Positions 9,818-18,818 of a DNA stretch of 64,000 nucleotides are shown here, one piece after another. Source of the stretch: Parahaliea sp. (GTDB taxonomy: Bacteria; Pseudomonadota; Gammaproteobacteria; Pseudomonadales; Halieaceae); NCBI GenBank assembly GCA_047974765.1, contig JBKECP010000027.1:1-64000 (forward strand), read 5' to 3'. The position numbers were made by a program, and so were the translations under genes. The first letter of the stretch is position 1. The number at the start of each line of letters is the position of its first letter. The notes under the pieces are model-generated. The model ran no database searches and was not told the origin of the DNA. It saw only the letters and a list, made by a program, of their open reading frames with translations.

Positions 9818-12607
9818 TTGACGGCGCAGCAATTTGGCCCCCGTTACGACATTACTGAACTGATTCCCCTGATCGCACAGGGCAGCAAAGTATTGACTGC
9901 CAACAGCCGTCTGGCCCGCCTGATCAGCAGCCAATGGGATAGCTATCAGCGCGAGCAAGGCAGGCGTGCCTGGCACAAGCCTGTGATTCAGCCACTGGAG
10001 GCATGGCTGCTGGCACAGTGGCGTGAACGCTGTCTGGATGATGCCCTGCTGCGCCGGGTGCTGCTTGAGAGCGGGCCTGAGCGCTGGCTGTGGCGACAGG
10101 TGATCGAGCAGGATATGAACGAACAGGCCAGCTACAACCTGCTGCATCTGGATGCGGCTGCCGAACTGGCCCAGCAGGCGCGCAATCATCTCTTGCGTGC
10201 GGATCAGTCTCTTGCCGATCAGACATTGGCGGCCTGCTTTGAGACTGATACTGATTGCAGCAGCTTTTTGCGCTGGGCCCGCAAGTTTGAGCATTTGCTG
10301 ACTGAACAGGGGCAGGTTACACCTCTGGATGCGCTACATCTGCTGGCCGATCGGCCAGGAACAGCCAGGGGGCATGCGCTGCTGGTCGACTTCGATGAAG
10401 TAACGCCGCTGTTTCAACGGGCACTGGACGGGCTGTGCGAAAGCGTTAGTGAACTGCCGATACCAGAGGCAATTGCCACTACTGAACTGCGTGCTTATAG
10501 CGATCCCTACCGTGAACTTCAGGGTGTCGCCCGCTGGGCGCGGCAGTGCCATGAGACAGAGCCGCAATCTGTTATTGGTATTGTATTGGGCGATATGCGT
10601 GCTGATCGCACCCGCCTGGAATATCTGTTGCGACGTGAGTTTGATTGCCTGGCCAGCCATTACAACAGCCTGCCCGTGAACTTTTCCACGGGTTGGCCAC
10701 TGGCGGAGGTGCCGGTGGTCCGCGATGCTTTACTGGCGCTGTCTGTAAGCGGGCGCTCGCTCGGTGGACAAACAATCAACAAATTGCCTTCAGACGAGCA
10801 AAAAACAGTGATAGAAGATGTGTTGGCACTGCTGCGCTCACGTTTTCTGGCACTGCCTGATCGTTATGATATTTCCTCCCGGCATTTTTTGCGGGCTCTT
10901 TACCGGCTGGGCCAGGATCCGGTATCAACTGCGAGCCTGCGCAATCTCGCTGGCATTGACGGTCCGGCAGGTCCGCAGGGAACCCGTCTGGGTGAAATAC
11001 TCTTGCTGTTATTTCAGGACCGCCAGCTTCAGCAAAAAGCCATGCCGACAGTGTGGGCACAGCGCTTCGGTGAGTTGCTACTGCACTGGGGTTGGCCGGG
11101 AGGTGGCCTTGATTCCCTTGAATATCAACAGGTGCAGGAATGGCACAAGGTTCTGGCGGCACTGTCTGACTACGATAATATCTGTGGCCAGATTAACTTC
11201 TCACAAGCACTGACGATGTTGAGCCGTCACTGTGCCGGAGTGGCCTTTCAGCCTCAGACCGACAACAGCCGTTTGCAGGTATTGGGGCCGCTGGAGGCGG
11301 CGGGCTTGAGTTTTGATCATTTGTGGCTGTTTGGCATGCAGGCAGGGCAGTGGCCTGCACCGGCCCGGCCCAACCCTTTTATTCCCCTGCCTGTGCAGCG
11401 GCAGCTGGCCATGCCCCATGCCAGCGCTGAGCGTGAGTGGGACTTTGCCCGGCATTTGTTTAAACGCTATCACAGTGCAGCACCGCGACTATATGCCAGT
11501 TACAGCTGCGAAATAGATGGCGCGCCGGAGCTGCCCAGTGATTTTGTACGCAACTTCAGACTAATGGAGACAGAGCCTGTTGATATGCTGTCCGGGCATT
11601 GGCGCAAGCAGTATATTGAGCGTGATCTGGAATACGTTGACGATCACTGTGCGCCGACAATGAGCGCGCAAGAGCTGACGCGGGTACGCGGTGGCAGCGG
11701 CCTGATAGAGGATCAAGCCAACTGTCCCTTTAGAGCTTTTGCCCGTCGTCGTCTGCATATCGAAAGCCTGCCAGTAGCAGGTTTGGGGCTGAGTGCATCC
11801 GAACGTGGTTCACTGCTGCATGCTGCACTGTTTACTGTGTGGGGCGAGCTGGATGATACAGCGGCCTTACACAGCTTGACTTCGTCGGCAGAAGCAGCGC
11901 TGATCGGGCGGGCAGTGGCAGCGGCAATAGCAACATTACCCTTGGCTCGGCGCACCGTACTTGGCCGGGCCTGCATCGAGCAGCAGGCAGAACACCTGCA
12001 GCAATTATTGCAACAGTGGCTGGTGCTGGAGCGGGAACGTGAGCCCTTTTCGATCAATGCCCGTGAGATCCAGGTCAAACTGGCCCTTGGATCTTTAAGT
12101 CTGACCTTACAGGCGGACAGGATTGATCAGCTTGAAGATGGCAGCCGCGTTATCATCGACTACAAAAGCCGTGCCGGTTCGATCAGTGACTGGCTTGGTG
12201 AGCGGCCTGCGAGTCCCCAGTTGCCTCTATATAGCCTGGCAGATGAGGAGGCGGCTCAGATGTCACCGCTGGCGGCATTGGCCTTTGCCCAGGTTAAACC
12301 GCGAAACTGTCTTTTCAAGGGGCTTGGTGACAGGCTGGTGGCCAGGGGTATTGTCAGTGAGTTCAAACAAAGCCTGATCGAAAAATCCGGCTGTAACAGC
12401 TGGCCCCAGCTGCGTGCGGCCTGGCGTGAAAACCTGCAACAATTGGCCGATGATTTTGTGATGGGCAGAGCGAGTGTCGATCCGCTCAAAAACAGCTGTC
12501 AGTGGTGTGATTTGCAGCCTCTGTGTCGCATCGGTGCGGTTGATGCTGATAGAGAGAGCACCACTGTGCCCACCATATCATCGCCAACAGGAGAGGAGGG
12601 CGCATGA
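9818..12607 (+). CDS. addB: AddB-like subunit of an AddAB-type helicase-nuclease (PD-(D/E)XK nuclease with Fe-S cysteines, no active helicase motifs seen)
   Basis: The C-terminus has a RecB-like nuclease motif (VIIDYKS) and the cysteine array CPFRAF...CQWCDLQPLC, as in AddB. It overlaps the downstream UvrD-like gene by 4 nt. The start is probably TTG at 9818. Confidence 0.65.
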   Translation: MTAQQFGPRYDITELIPLIAQGSKVLTANSRLARLISSQWDSYQREQGRRAWHKPVIQPLEAWLLAQWRERCLDDALLRRVLLESGPERWLWRQVIEQDMNEQASYNLLHLDAAAELAQQARNHLLRADQSLADQTLAACFETDTDCSSFLRWARKFEHLLTEQGQVTPLDALHLLADRPGTARGHALLVDFDEVTPLFQRALDGLCESVSELPIPEAIATTELRAYSDPYRELQGVARWARQCHETEPQSVIGIVLGDMRADRTRLEYLLRREFDCLASHYNSLPVNFSTGWPLAEVPVVRDALLALSVSGRSLGGQTINKLPSDEQKTVIEDVLALLRSRFLALPDRYDISSRHFLRALYRLGQDPVSTASLRNLAGIDGPAGPQGTRLGEILLLLFQDRQLQQKAMPTVWAQRFGELLLHWGWPGGGLDSLEYQQVQEWHKVLAALSDYDNICGQINFSQALTMLSRHCAGVAFQPQTDNSRLQVLGPLEAAGLSFDHLWLFGMQAGQWPAPARPNPFIPLPVQRQLAMPHASAEREWDFARHLFKRYHSAAPRLYASYSCEIDGAPELPSDFVRNFRLMETEPVDMLSGHWRKQYIERDLEYVDDHCAPTMSAQELTRVRGGSGLIEDQANCPFRAFARRRLHIESLPVAGLGLSASERGSLLHAALFTVWGELDDTAALHSLTSSAEAALIGRAVAAAIATLPLARRTVLGRACIEQQAEHLQQLLQQWLVLEREREPFSINAREIQVKLALGSLSLTLQADRIDQLEDGSRVIIDYKSRAGSISDWLGERPASPQLPLYSLADEEAAQMSPLAALAFAQVKPRNCLFKGLGDRLVARGIVSEFKQSLIEKSGCNSWPQLRAAWRENLQQLADDFVMGRASVDPLKNSCQWCDLQPLCRIGAVDADRESTTVPTISSPTGEEGA

Positions 12608-15600
12608 GCATTGTTGTCGATGCCGCCGAGCGTGAAGCCGCTATCGACCCGACGGCCAGCTTTTGTATCAGTGCGCCGGCCGGCTCGGGCAAGACAGAAT
12701 TACTGATTCAGCGTTATTTGAGCCTGCTGTCACGGGTACAGTACCCGGAACAGATTCTGGCCATTACCTTTACTCGCAAGGCTGCTGCTGAAATGCGTGA
12801 GCGCGTGATAGGGGCATTACAAGCGGCACGGGATGAGCTTGCCTGTGACAGCCATCACCAGCAGCGCACCCGCGAGTTGGCCAATGCGGCCCTGGTAATG
12901 GATGCCAGGCACAATTGGCAACTGCTGGCCAATAGCGCACGTTTTAATATCCGTACTATTGACGGTTTTTGTGCTGTACTTACACGTCAGATGCCGGTGC
13001 TCAGTGGTTTTGGTGCCCAATTAGCCGTAATCGATAATGCCCAGCCTCTGTATGCTGAGGCAGTGGCTGAGCTGTTTGCCGGCCTGGAGCAGGGCAGCCC
13101 GATAGCGGCAGACCTTCGACAATTGATGCTGCATTTTGACAATCGCTGGGATAGTCTGTCGGCGTTATTACAAACACTGCTGGCCAGGCGCAGTCAATGG
13201 CTGAGCTATATGGGGGTACAACGTACCGCCCAGGCCTCAGAACAACAGTTGCGACAAACCCTGGAGGCCTTGATAAAACGCCAGCTGACACGCTCGCTAA
13301 AGCTATTCAAACCCTGGCTGGAAGTACTTTACGCCCTGATGGGCTATGCCTCGGACAATCTGGGTACAACCCGCCCTGACAAACCCGGTAATGCGGTGGC
13401 TGATTTGTCCGCCTGGCGTGCCCTGCGGCATATGTTGCTGGTGGCTGACGGCAGTAAGTGGCGCACCCGTATCACTAAAAATGAAGGTTTTCCCGCTGGC
13501 AAAGGAGCGGGTAAAGCCGAAGCCGACAACTGGAAGGGGCAACTGAAGGCAGTAATTGCTGAATTATCGACGCACAGTGATCAGGATCAATTACGCCTGG
13601 CTTTGACCGCCATTGATCTTTTTCCCAATCCTCAAAATCATCAACGCTCAGATAATACTGCTACTAGTGACAACTGGCAGCTGGTATTGGCACTCGCTCA
13701 TGTACTGCCCATGCTGGCGGCACAGCTGTTACTGGTTTTTCAGCATCACGGCTGTGTCGACCATGCACAAGTGGCACAGTCCGCCCTTGATGCACTGGGC
13801 GAAGATGATACGCCCTCGGATCTGGCCCTCAGACTTGATTACCGTATTGAGCATATTCTGGTGGATGAATTCCAGGATACGGCTATTGACCAGTACCGTC
13901 TGGTAGAGCGCCTGACCCGGGGTTGGGGCGAGCACAATGTGGCCAACCCACAAGCACCGCGTACATTATTGATCGTGGGTGACGGCATGCAGTCAATTTA
14001 TGGTTTTCGCGACGCCAATGTCGGTCTGTTTCTGCGGGCAAGGCAGCACGGCTTTAACGGTGTATTACCGCACTATCTGGTATTGCGTTCAAATTTTCGT
14101 TCTGATGCGGGTATCGTTGACTGGGTTAATTGCACCTTTGGCCAGGTATTTCCCGATGAAGACGATATCAGCCGGGGGCGTGTTAAATTCAGCAAAGCCT
14201 GCGCAGTTAAAGCTGCCGGTATTGAACCCGCCGTTAATGTACGCCTGTATCACAGCGATAATACTGACAGCGCAAAAAATACAGAAAATACTGTTATTTG
14301 CGATCTTATTGAGGCATTACTTAAGCGTTATCCACAGGATCGTATTGCCATACTTGGCCGCAGCCGACCTCAGCTACAGACTCTGCTGGCGCAGTTGCGC
14401 CAGCGCAATATCGCCTTTGCCGCCAATGAGATGGACCGCCTGCAACACTCACCGGTGGTACTGGATTTGATGACATTGGCGCGGGCACTGGCCAATCGGG
14501 CAGATTCTGTTGCCTGGTGGGCCTTGCTGCGAGCCCCCTGGTGTGGCCTGAGTCTGGCCGACCTGCATCAACTGAACCATTTGGGTGAAGTCGGCCCTTA
14601 TCCTGATTTGCTGGCGTTGATTTCAAGCCATCAATATACAGCGGCACTTTCCCCACAGGGCCAGATACGTTGCGCCCACCTGGCCAGTGTACTGAACTGG
14701 GCTGAGGCGCATCGGGGCCGTCGCTCACAACGCGCCTGGCTGGAGCAGATATGGTTGCAACTGGACGGACCGGCAACCGTTGGCAGTGAAAGTGCGCTGG
14801 CTGATGCCGAACAGTTTTTCCGGCTGCTGGAAAGTGCCGAGCTGGAGGGGCGTCAGCTGGATATTCAGTGGCTGCAATCAAAACTCGACTCGCTTTATGC
14901 CGATGCAGGTGGTGGTGGCGCACGGGTTGAAGTAATGACCTTGCACAAAGCCAAAGGACTGGAATTTGAACATGTGTTTATTCCCGGTCTGGCCCGAACC
15001 GGCCGCTCAGATGAGCGCGCATTGTTATTGTGGGATGAATATAGTGATACCGCTGGTGCTGAAGGCTTTTTAATGGCAGCGGATGACCACAGTAAAAAAG
15101 GTGAGGCCAGTCTTTATAATTTTCTGGCAGAACAACGCAAACAAAAGCAATTGCTCGAAAATACCCGTTTGCTTTATGTGGGCGCAACCCGGGCTATTCG
15201 CAGCCTGTATTTAAGTGCCACATTAAGCAGCGATGAGAAAAGCAGCGATGAAAAAAAAGGTGCCATCAAAGCGCCTTCACCACAGAGCCTACTGGCTTGT
15301 ATCTGGCCGGTGGTACAACAACAGGCCCGGCAAATAAACGTACAAAATGAGGTTGATACGGTACCTGTGCAGACGGCGATAATACCTCTACAACGTCTGC
15401 GTAGTATAGCGCCTGTCCCCGATGTGGAGATGCCATCGCTAACGGCCAATACTCATCTGCCACCGCCAGCAGATAATCGTCTTGAACGCCATAGTGGCAC
15501 GGCCATACACCTTGCACTGGAACAACTTGCCCGGCGTGAACGATTACCGATGAAGATGGATTCAGACCTTGAGCATTTGTGTCACTGGGCTTTGCAAAAT

Positions 15601-16011
15601 TCCGGTTTAAGTGGTGAAACATTGCAGGTTGCCCGTCGGCGGGTGAATTTTTCAATCAATAAAACCCTGGCAGACGAGGAGGGTGGACGCTGGTTGCTGC
15701 GCTGTGATCATACTGACAGCTCAACTGAACTGCCATTGGTGCGTGTCGACGAAAAGGGCATTGTCAGACATATCATTATCGATCGCAGTTTTATTGATGC
15801 ACGCAGTGGCAAGCGGTGGATTATTGACTATAAAAGCAGCCAGCCGTTACCGGGTATGGATGTCACTGACTTTTTAAATAAAGAGACTGCCCGTTATCAA
15901 AAGCAGTTGGCAACGTATCATGATGCCCTGAAAAACCTGGGTGATGAACCGATTTGTTGTGCGCTGTATTTCACGGCGCTGGCTAAACTGTTGCCCGTAT
16001 CCATAAATTGA
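12604..16011 (+). CDS. addA: AddA-like UvrD/Rep-family helicase with a C-terminal PD-(D/E)XK nuclease domain
   Basis: The N-terminus has Walker A (APAGSGKTELL) and the C-terminus has the nuclease motif IIDYKSS. A strong GGAGAGGAGGG ribosome-binding site precedes the start, which overlaps addB. Confidence 0.8.
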   Translation: MSIVVDAAEREAAIDPTASFCISAPAGSGKTELLIQRYLSLLSRVQYPEQILAITFTRKAAAEMRERVIGALQAARDELACDSHHQQRTRELANAALVMDARHNWQLLANSARFNIRTIDGFCAVLTRQMPVLSGFGAQLAVIDNAQPLYAEAVAELFAGLEQGSPIAADLRQLMLHFDNRWDSLSALLQTLLARRSQWLSYMGVQRTAQASEQQLRQTLEALIKRQLTRSLKLFKPWLEVLYALMGYASDNLGTTRPDKPGNAVADLSAWRALRHMLLVADGSKWRTRITKNEGFPAGKGAGKAEADNWKGQLKAVIAELSTHSDQDQLRLALTAIDLFPNPQNHQRSDNTATSDNWQLVLALAHVLPMLAAQLLLVFQHHGCVDHAQVAQSALDALGEDDTPSDLALRLDYRIEHILVDEFQDTAIDQYRLVERLTRGWGEHNVANPQAPRTLLIVGDGMQSIYGFRDANVGLFLRARQHGFNGVLPHYLVLRSNFRSDAGIVDWVNCTFGQVFPDEDDISRGRVKFSKACAVKAAGIEPAVNVRLYHSDNTDSAKNTENTVICDLIEALLKRYPQDRIAILGRSRPQLQTLLAQLRQRNIAFAANEMDRLQHSPVVLDLMTLARALANRADSVAWWALLRAPWCGLSLADLHQLNHLGEVGPYPDLLALISSHQYTAALSPQGQIRCAHLASVLNWAEAHRGRRSQRAWLEQIWLQLDGPATVGSESALADAEQFFRLLESAELEGRQLDIQWLQSKLDSLYADAGGGGARVEVMTLHKAKGLEFEHVFIPGLARTGRSDERALLLWDEYSDTAGAEGFLMAADDHSKKGEASLYNFLAEQRKQKQLLENTRLLYVGATRAIRSLYLSATLSSDEKSSDEKKGAIKAPSPQSLLACIWPVVQQQARQINVQNEVDTVPVQTAIIPLQRLRSIAPVPDVEMPSLTANTHLPPPADNRLERHSGTAIHLALEQLARRERLPMKMDSDLEHLCHWALQNSGLSGETLQVARRRVNFSINKTLADEEGGRWLLRCDHTDSSTELPLVRVDEKGIVRHIIIDRSFIDARSGKRWIIDYKSSQPLPGMDVTDFLNKETARYQKQLATYHDALKNLGDEPICCALYFTALAKLLPVSIN

Positions 16012-16397
16012 CCATCATCACAGGCATATTTCGAGATATCCAAAATGCATACTAAACAAGGTAAAGTCTGATGAGCTACCCTATATTTAACATAATATAT
16101 ATTATGCGCAATTATAAGTGAGGCAATTTTGAGCGTGCTCGTGAGCGTAAACCTTACCGTCCCTGCGTTAGATTCTGGAGCATACTGGCGCAATTTCCGG
16201 GCTGATACCTCACCCGGGTTCTTGGCCTTGCTGATCTTTCTCTGCCATTCTCCAGCTAATACCAGCCAGAGCCCAGTTTCAGCTATTTATTTTGGCAGTG
16301 GACAAAAACTACAACAGGGAAACACCATTACTCAGCAAAAAGACCAGAAAATAAAAGCAACCGCCACAACTCTATTCAAGGACTTTTGGGATAGACA

Positions 16398-16589
16398 TCA
16401 AGCTGCACCCCGGCTGTGACGAAGCTGGAACAGATCATAATTGGCCTGCATGGATAACCAGAATTCAGCGCTACCGCCACCGGCCTGCTCCAGTGCCAAT
16501 GCCATTTCCGGTGTTACCGAAGCACTGCCGTTGACAGCCCGGTTCAGAGTGTTGCGGTGGCAGCCCAGCTGTTTGGCAAGGATGGCCAC
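16398..16589 (-). pseudogene. HigA-family (XRE HTH) antitoxin, N-terminally truncated by an in-frame TAA
   Basis: ...EDEDGHKINSVAILAKQLGCHRNTLNRAVNGSASVTPEMALALEQAGGGSAEFWLSMQANYDLFQ aligns to HigA from the first helix onward. The conserved N-terminal HPGEIL segment is missing because a stop lies at 16623-16625. The only available start is GTG. Confidence 0.5.
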
Positions 16590-16823
16590 GCTATTGATCT
16601 TGTGGCCGTCTTCATCTTCGATTTAAGACACACTGCGACATGGCTTTCAAACAGCTTTTCCATGGGAAACATCAGACTGATACCCATATGCTTACCGCGC
16701 TGGAAGTTTGGATTCAGCTGCTCCCCTGGCTGACTGACAGATGGGCAAAGTCCACCTCAAAAGTCTGCCCGAGTATAGCAGTGGCGACGACCGGATTTCT
16801 GCGAAGCATCACTCACTTCGCGC

Positions 16824-17981
16824 TTATTGCGCACTTACAGCCGGCGCCAGTTTGACCAGGTCGTTGAGTACACCGTCCAGACCACCGTAGACGGAAATCC
16901 GGTCGATCTGCCCGCTGACCCGTTCGAGGGCTTCCAGCTCTTTCAGGCGCAACAGGATGGGGTTGTTCTCCATCATCTTGGCGGTGTTATGCAGGGATCT
17001 CATCGCCTGTGTTTCTTCGCGGCGTTTGATCAGGTTGGCTTCAGACTCTTTCTGGGCCTGCACCACCTGGTTGAGAATATCCTTCATATCACCGGGCAGG
17101 ATGATGTCCTTGACCCCGATGCTCATCAGCTCGATACCGTAATGGGCCAGTCTGGCGCTGGCGCCCTCGGCAATTTTGCTGTTCAGCGCATCTTTGTCCT
17201 CCAGCAACACATCCAGTGACTGTGTACCAACAGCTTCGCGCAGGCGCAGTTGCAGCTCCTGGTAGATAAAGCCGACGTAGTCATTCAGCTTTAAAGCCAC
17301 GGTTTCGGGCTCAACGACGCGGTAGCTGCCGCTCAGGTTGATGCGCAGGCTGACCCGGTCCCGGGTCAGGATTTCCTGCCCGCTGACTTCGATCGGCTGC
17401 AGCCGCAAATCCAGCAATTTAACGCCGACCGAGCGGTTGAACTGCCAGAAGCCGTGGCTGCCAGGTTCGAGCATACCCTCAAAGGTACCGTTCACCGTCA
17501 GCAGGCCCAGGTGTTCGTTGGGCACTTCGATGTAGTTGACGGCGCTGGCAATGTTCCTGTTGCCAGCCAGTTTCGAACCGCGTCCCAGCAGGCCGAGCAG
17601 GCTTTTATCAACCTGGTAGTGCTCGCTGATATCGACAATTTCAAGCCTGATTTTTTCAACCCCTTTCCACACGGTCAGGTAAGAGCCGGGCACCAGTACA
17701 TCAGCCAGCTTGTCGTCGCGGTACAGCAGACCTACCTGCTGGTCGCTCAGCTCAAAGCACTCCAGATGAGCGCTCAACTGTCCGGCATGTGTTGACAGCA
17801 GGAACCTGGCAATGGGGTGAGAGAAAATGACTTCGCTAATGTCGAAGGTCTCCACTCGTACGCTGCCACCGGTGCGCGCAATGCGATGGCGCCCGGGCAG
17901 CAAGACGCTTTTGAAGCGGTTTCTCCGGAACAGCAGTGCCCTTTCGTTATCGGCAATATCATAAGTTTTCCATAACATCAT
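16824..17981 (-). CDS. SPFH/band-7 domain protein (slipin-like)
   Basis: The 386-aa protein from MMLWKTYDIADNERALLF has a band-7 core and a C-terminal coiled-coil region. A GGAG ribosome-binding site lies 8 nt upstream of the ATG at 17981. Confidence 0.7.
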   Translation of the reverse strand: MMLWKTYDIADNERALLFRRNRFKSVLLPGRHRIARTGGSVRVETFDISEVIFSHPIARFLLSTHAGQLSAHLECFELSDQQVGLLYRDDKLADVLVPGSYLTVWKGVEKIRLEIVDISEHYQVDKSLLGLLGRGSKLAGNRNIASAVNYIEVPNEHLGLLTVNGTFEGMLEPGSHGFWQFNRSVGVKLLDLRLQPIEVSGQEILTRDRVSLRINLSGSYRVVEPETVALKLNDYVGFIYQELQLRLREAVGTQSLDVLLEDKDALNSKIAEGASARLAHYGIELMSIGVKDIILPGDMKDILNQVVQAQKESEANLIKRREETQAMRSLHNTAKMMENNPILLRLKELEALERVSGQIDRISVYGGLDGVLNDLVKLAPAVSAQ

Positions 17982-18306
17982 TGTTTTTCTCCTTCGCGCT
18001 GCTCTCTCCTCTTTTTGGGGTGCAGCCATAGCTTCCATAAAAATTGATGGGCGAGGCCCACCCGGATTGCACAGGGGCTGCCTGCTTTGACGGTTCAGAC
18101 CTGGGGGATCAGTGGCTGGCCCGGTAGCGAGGATATAAACTTCGTCCCGGCTACACAGCCAGCATGATCGCCCGGCGTGAACAGTCGTTCACAAACAGCG
18201 TCCACACAGTCGGCGCTCTCTACCGGCAATTGCCCGGCCACCACTTTGCTGCCGTTTAAAAGCCGTCAGAGAACCATGGGCCTCTGGTAGATTTCATAAG
18301 GGTTTT

Positions 18307-18365
18307 AACCCTGAGGAGGATTCGAACCTCGGACTCTCGCCGTATCCAATCGCGTAAAAGGCGAT
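18307..18365 (-). ncRNA. Partial tRNA-like element with a Lys-type anticodon arm (CTTTTAC), T-arm GGTTCGAATCC and 3' acceptor strand, but no 5' acceptor strand or D-arm
   Basis: Minus strand: ATCGC-CTTTTAC-GCGAT TGG ATACGGCGAGAGTC CGAGG-TTCGAAT-CCTCC TCAGGGT. It resembles tRNA-Lys from the anticodon arm onward, with a ~14-nt insertion in the variable region. Confidence 0.4.
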
Positions 18366-18366
18366 G

Positions 18367-18439
18367 TTACTTTGACAGGAATTGAACCTGTTACCCATTG
18401 ATTAATCATCAATTGCTCTACCTATTGAGCTACAAAGTA
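18367..18439 (-). tRNA. tRNA-like gene, 73 nt, perfect cloverleaf on a tRNA-Lys-like scaffold with an atypical anticodon loop (TGATTAA, G at position 33)
   Basis: Minus strand: TACTTTG TA GCTC AATAGGTA GAGC A ATTGA TGATTAA TCAAT GGGTA ACAGG TTCAATT CCTGT CAAAGTA A. All four stems pair and the G18G19 and T54T55C56 elements are present. GC content is about 34%, against about 55% for the surrounding DNA. The scaffold is close to tRNA-Lys, whose anticodon loop is CTTTTAA. Confidence 0.55.
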
Positions 18440-18782
18440 GTTGTTCAGGCCTTTCTCGAATTGGTACACAAAGAGCCAGTGGCCATTGCGCCAGGCAGGC
18501 TGTTGAACCTGCACCGCTAATTCTCAAAACGTCTCCCGAACCTTGTTGGAGCCGGAATTTTAGTTATTCCGACTCACATTCATTGGGACCACTGTATCGT
18601 TATAGTGGCCCTGTTAACTTCAATTACACCTGACTATGGCGCATTCTGTCCGGCCCCTGCCTCCGGCATCGCTGGTCGGGACACGCCGTAAATACGTCCA
18701 TGCAGGCTCGGTTCGCGCATCCATGCACTCAACGGTCCCGCCCAGCGACACCAGAGTCAGTGCCCTCGTAAGGTGCCGGGGC

Positions 18783-18818
18783 TTATAAATAGTTGCTGTC
18801 TTAATAAATAGCAGCAAC
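18783..18818 (-). terminator. Candidate terminator/attenuator hairpin spanning the rtcA stop codon
   Basis: Minus strand: GTTGCTG-CTATTTATTAAGA-CAGCAAC followed by TATTTATAAGC. The loop is long, so this is a weak call. Confidence 0.3.

Noticed and set aside
9656-10294. 212-aa minus-strand ORF overlapping the 5' end of addB
   Set aside because: It has no homology and overlaps a well-supported gene. It would also run into the DAHP synthase promoter region.
16640-16855. 71-aa plus-strand ORF upstream of the HigA-like gene
   Set aside because: It lies on the wrong strand relative to the HigB/HigA remnant and has no domains. The toxin-like fragments are on the minus strand in broken frames.
18307-18365. 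Reading the tRNA 3'-fragment as an att site of an integrated island
   Set aside because: No integrase, direct-repeat partner or island cargo is visible nearby. The fragment sits next to another tRNA-like element instead of at an island border. It is retained as a possibility only.
18620-18817. 65-aa minus-strand ORF in the rtcA-downstream region
   Set aside because: It overlaps the rtcA stop and terminator hairpin and has no homology. The region is better explained as 3' UTR and ncRNA.
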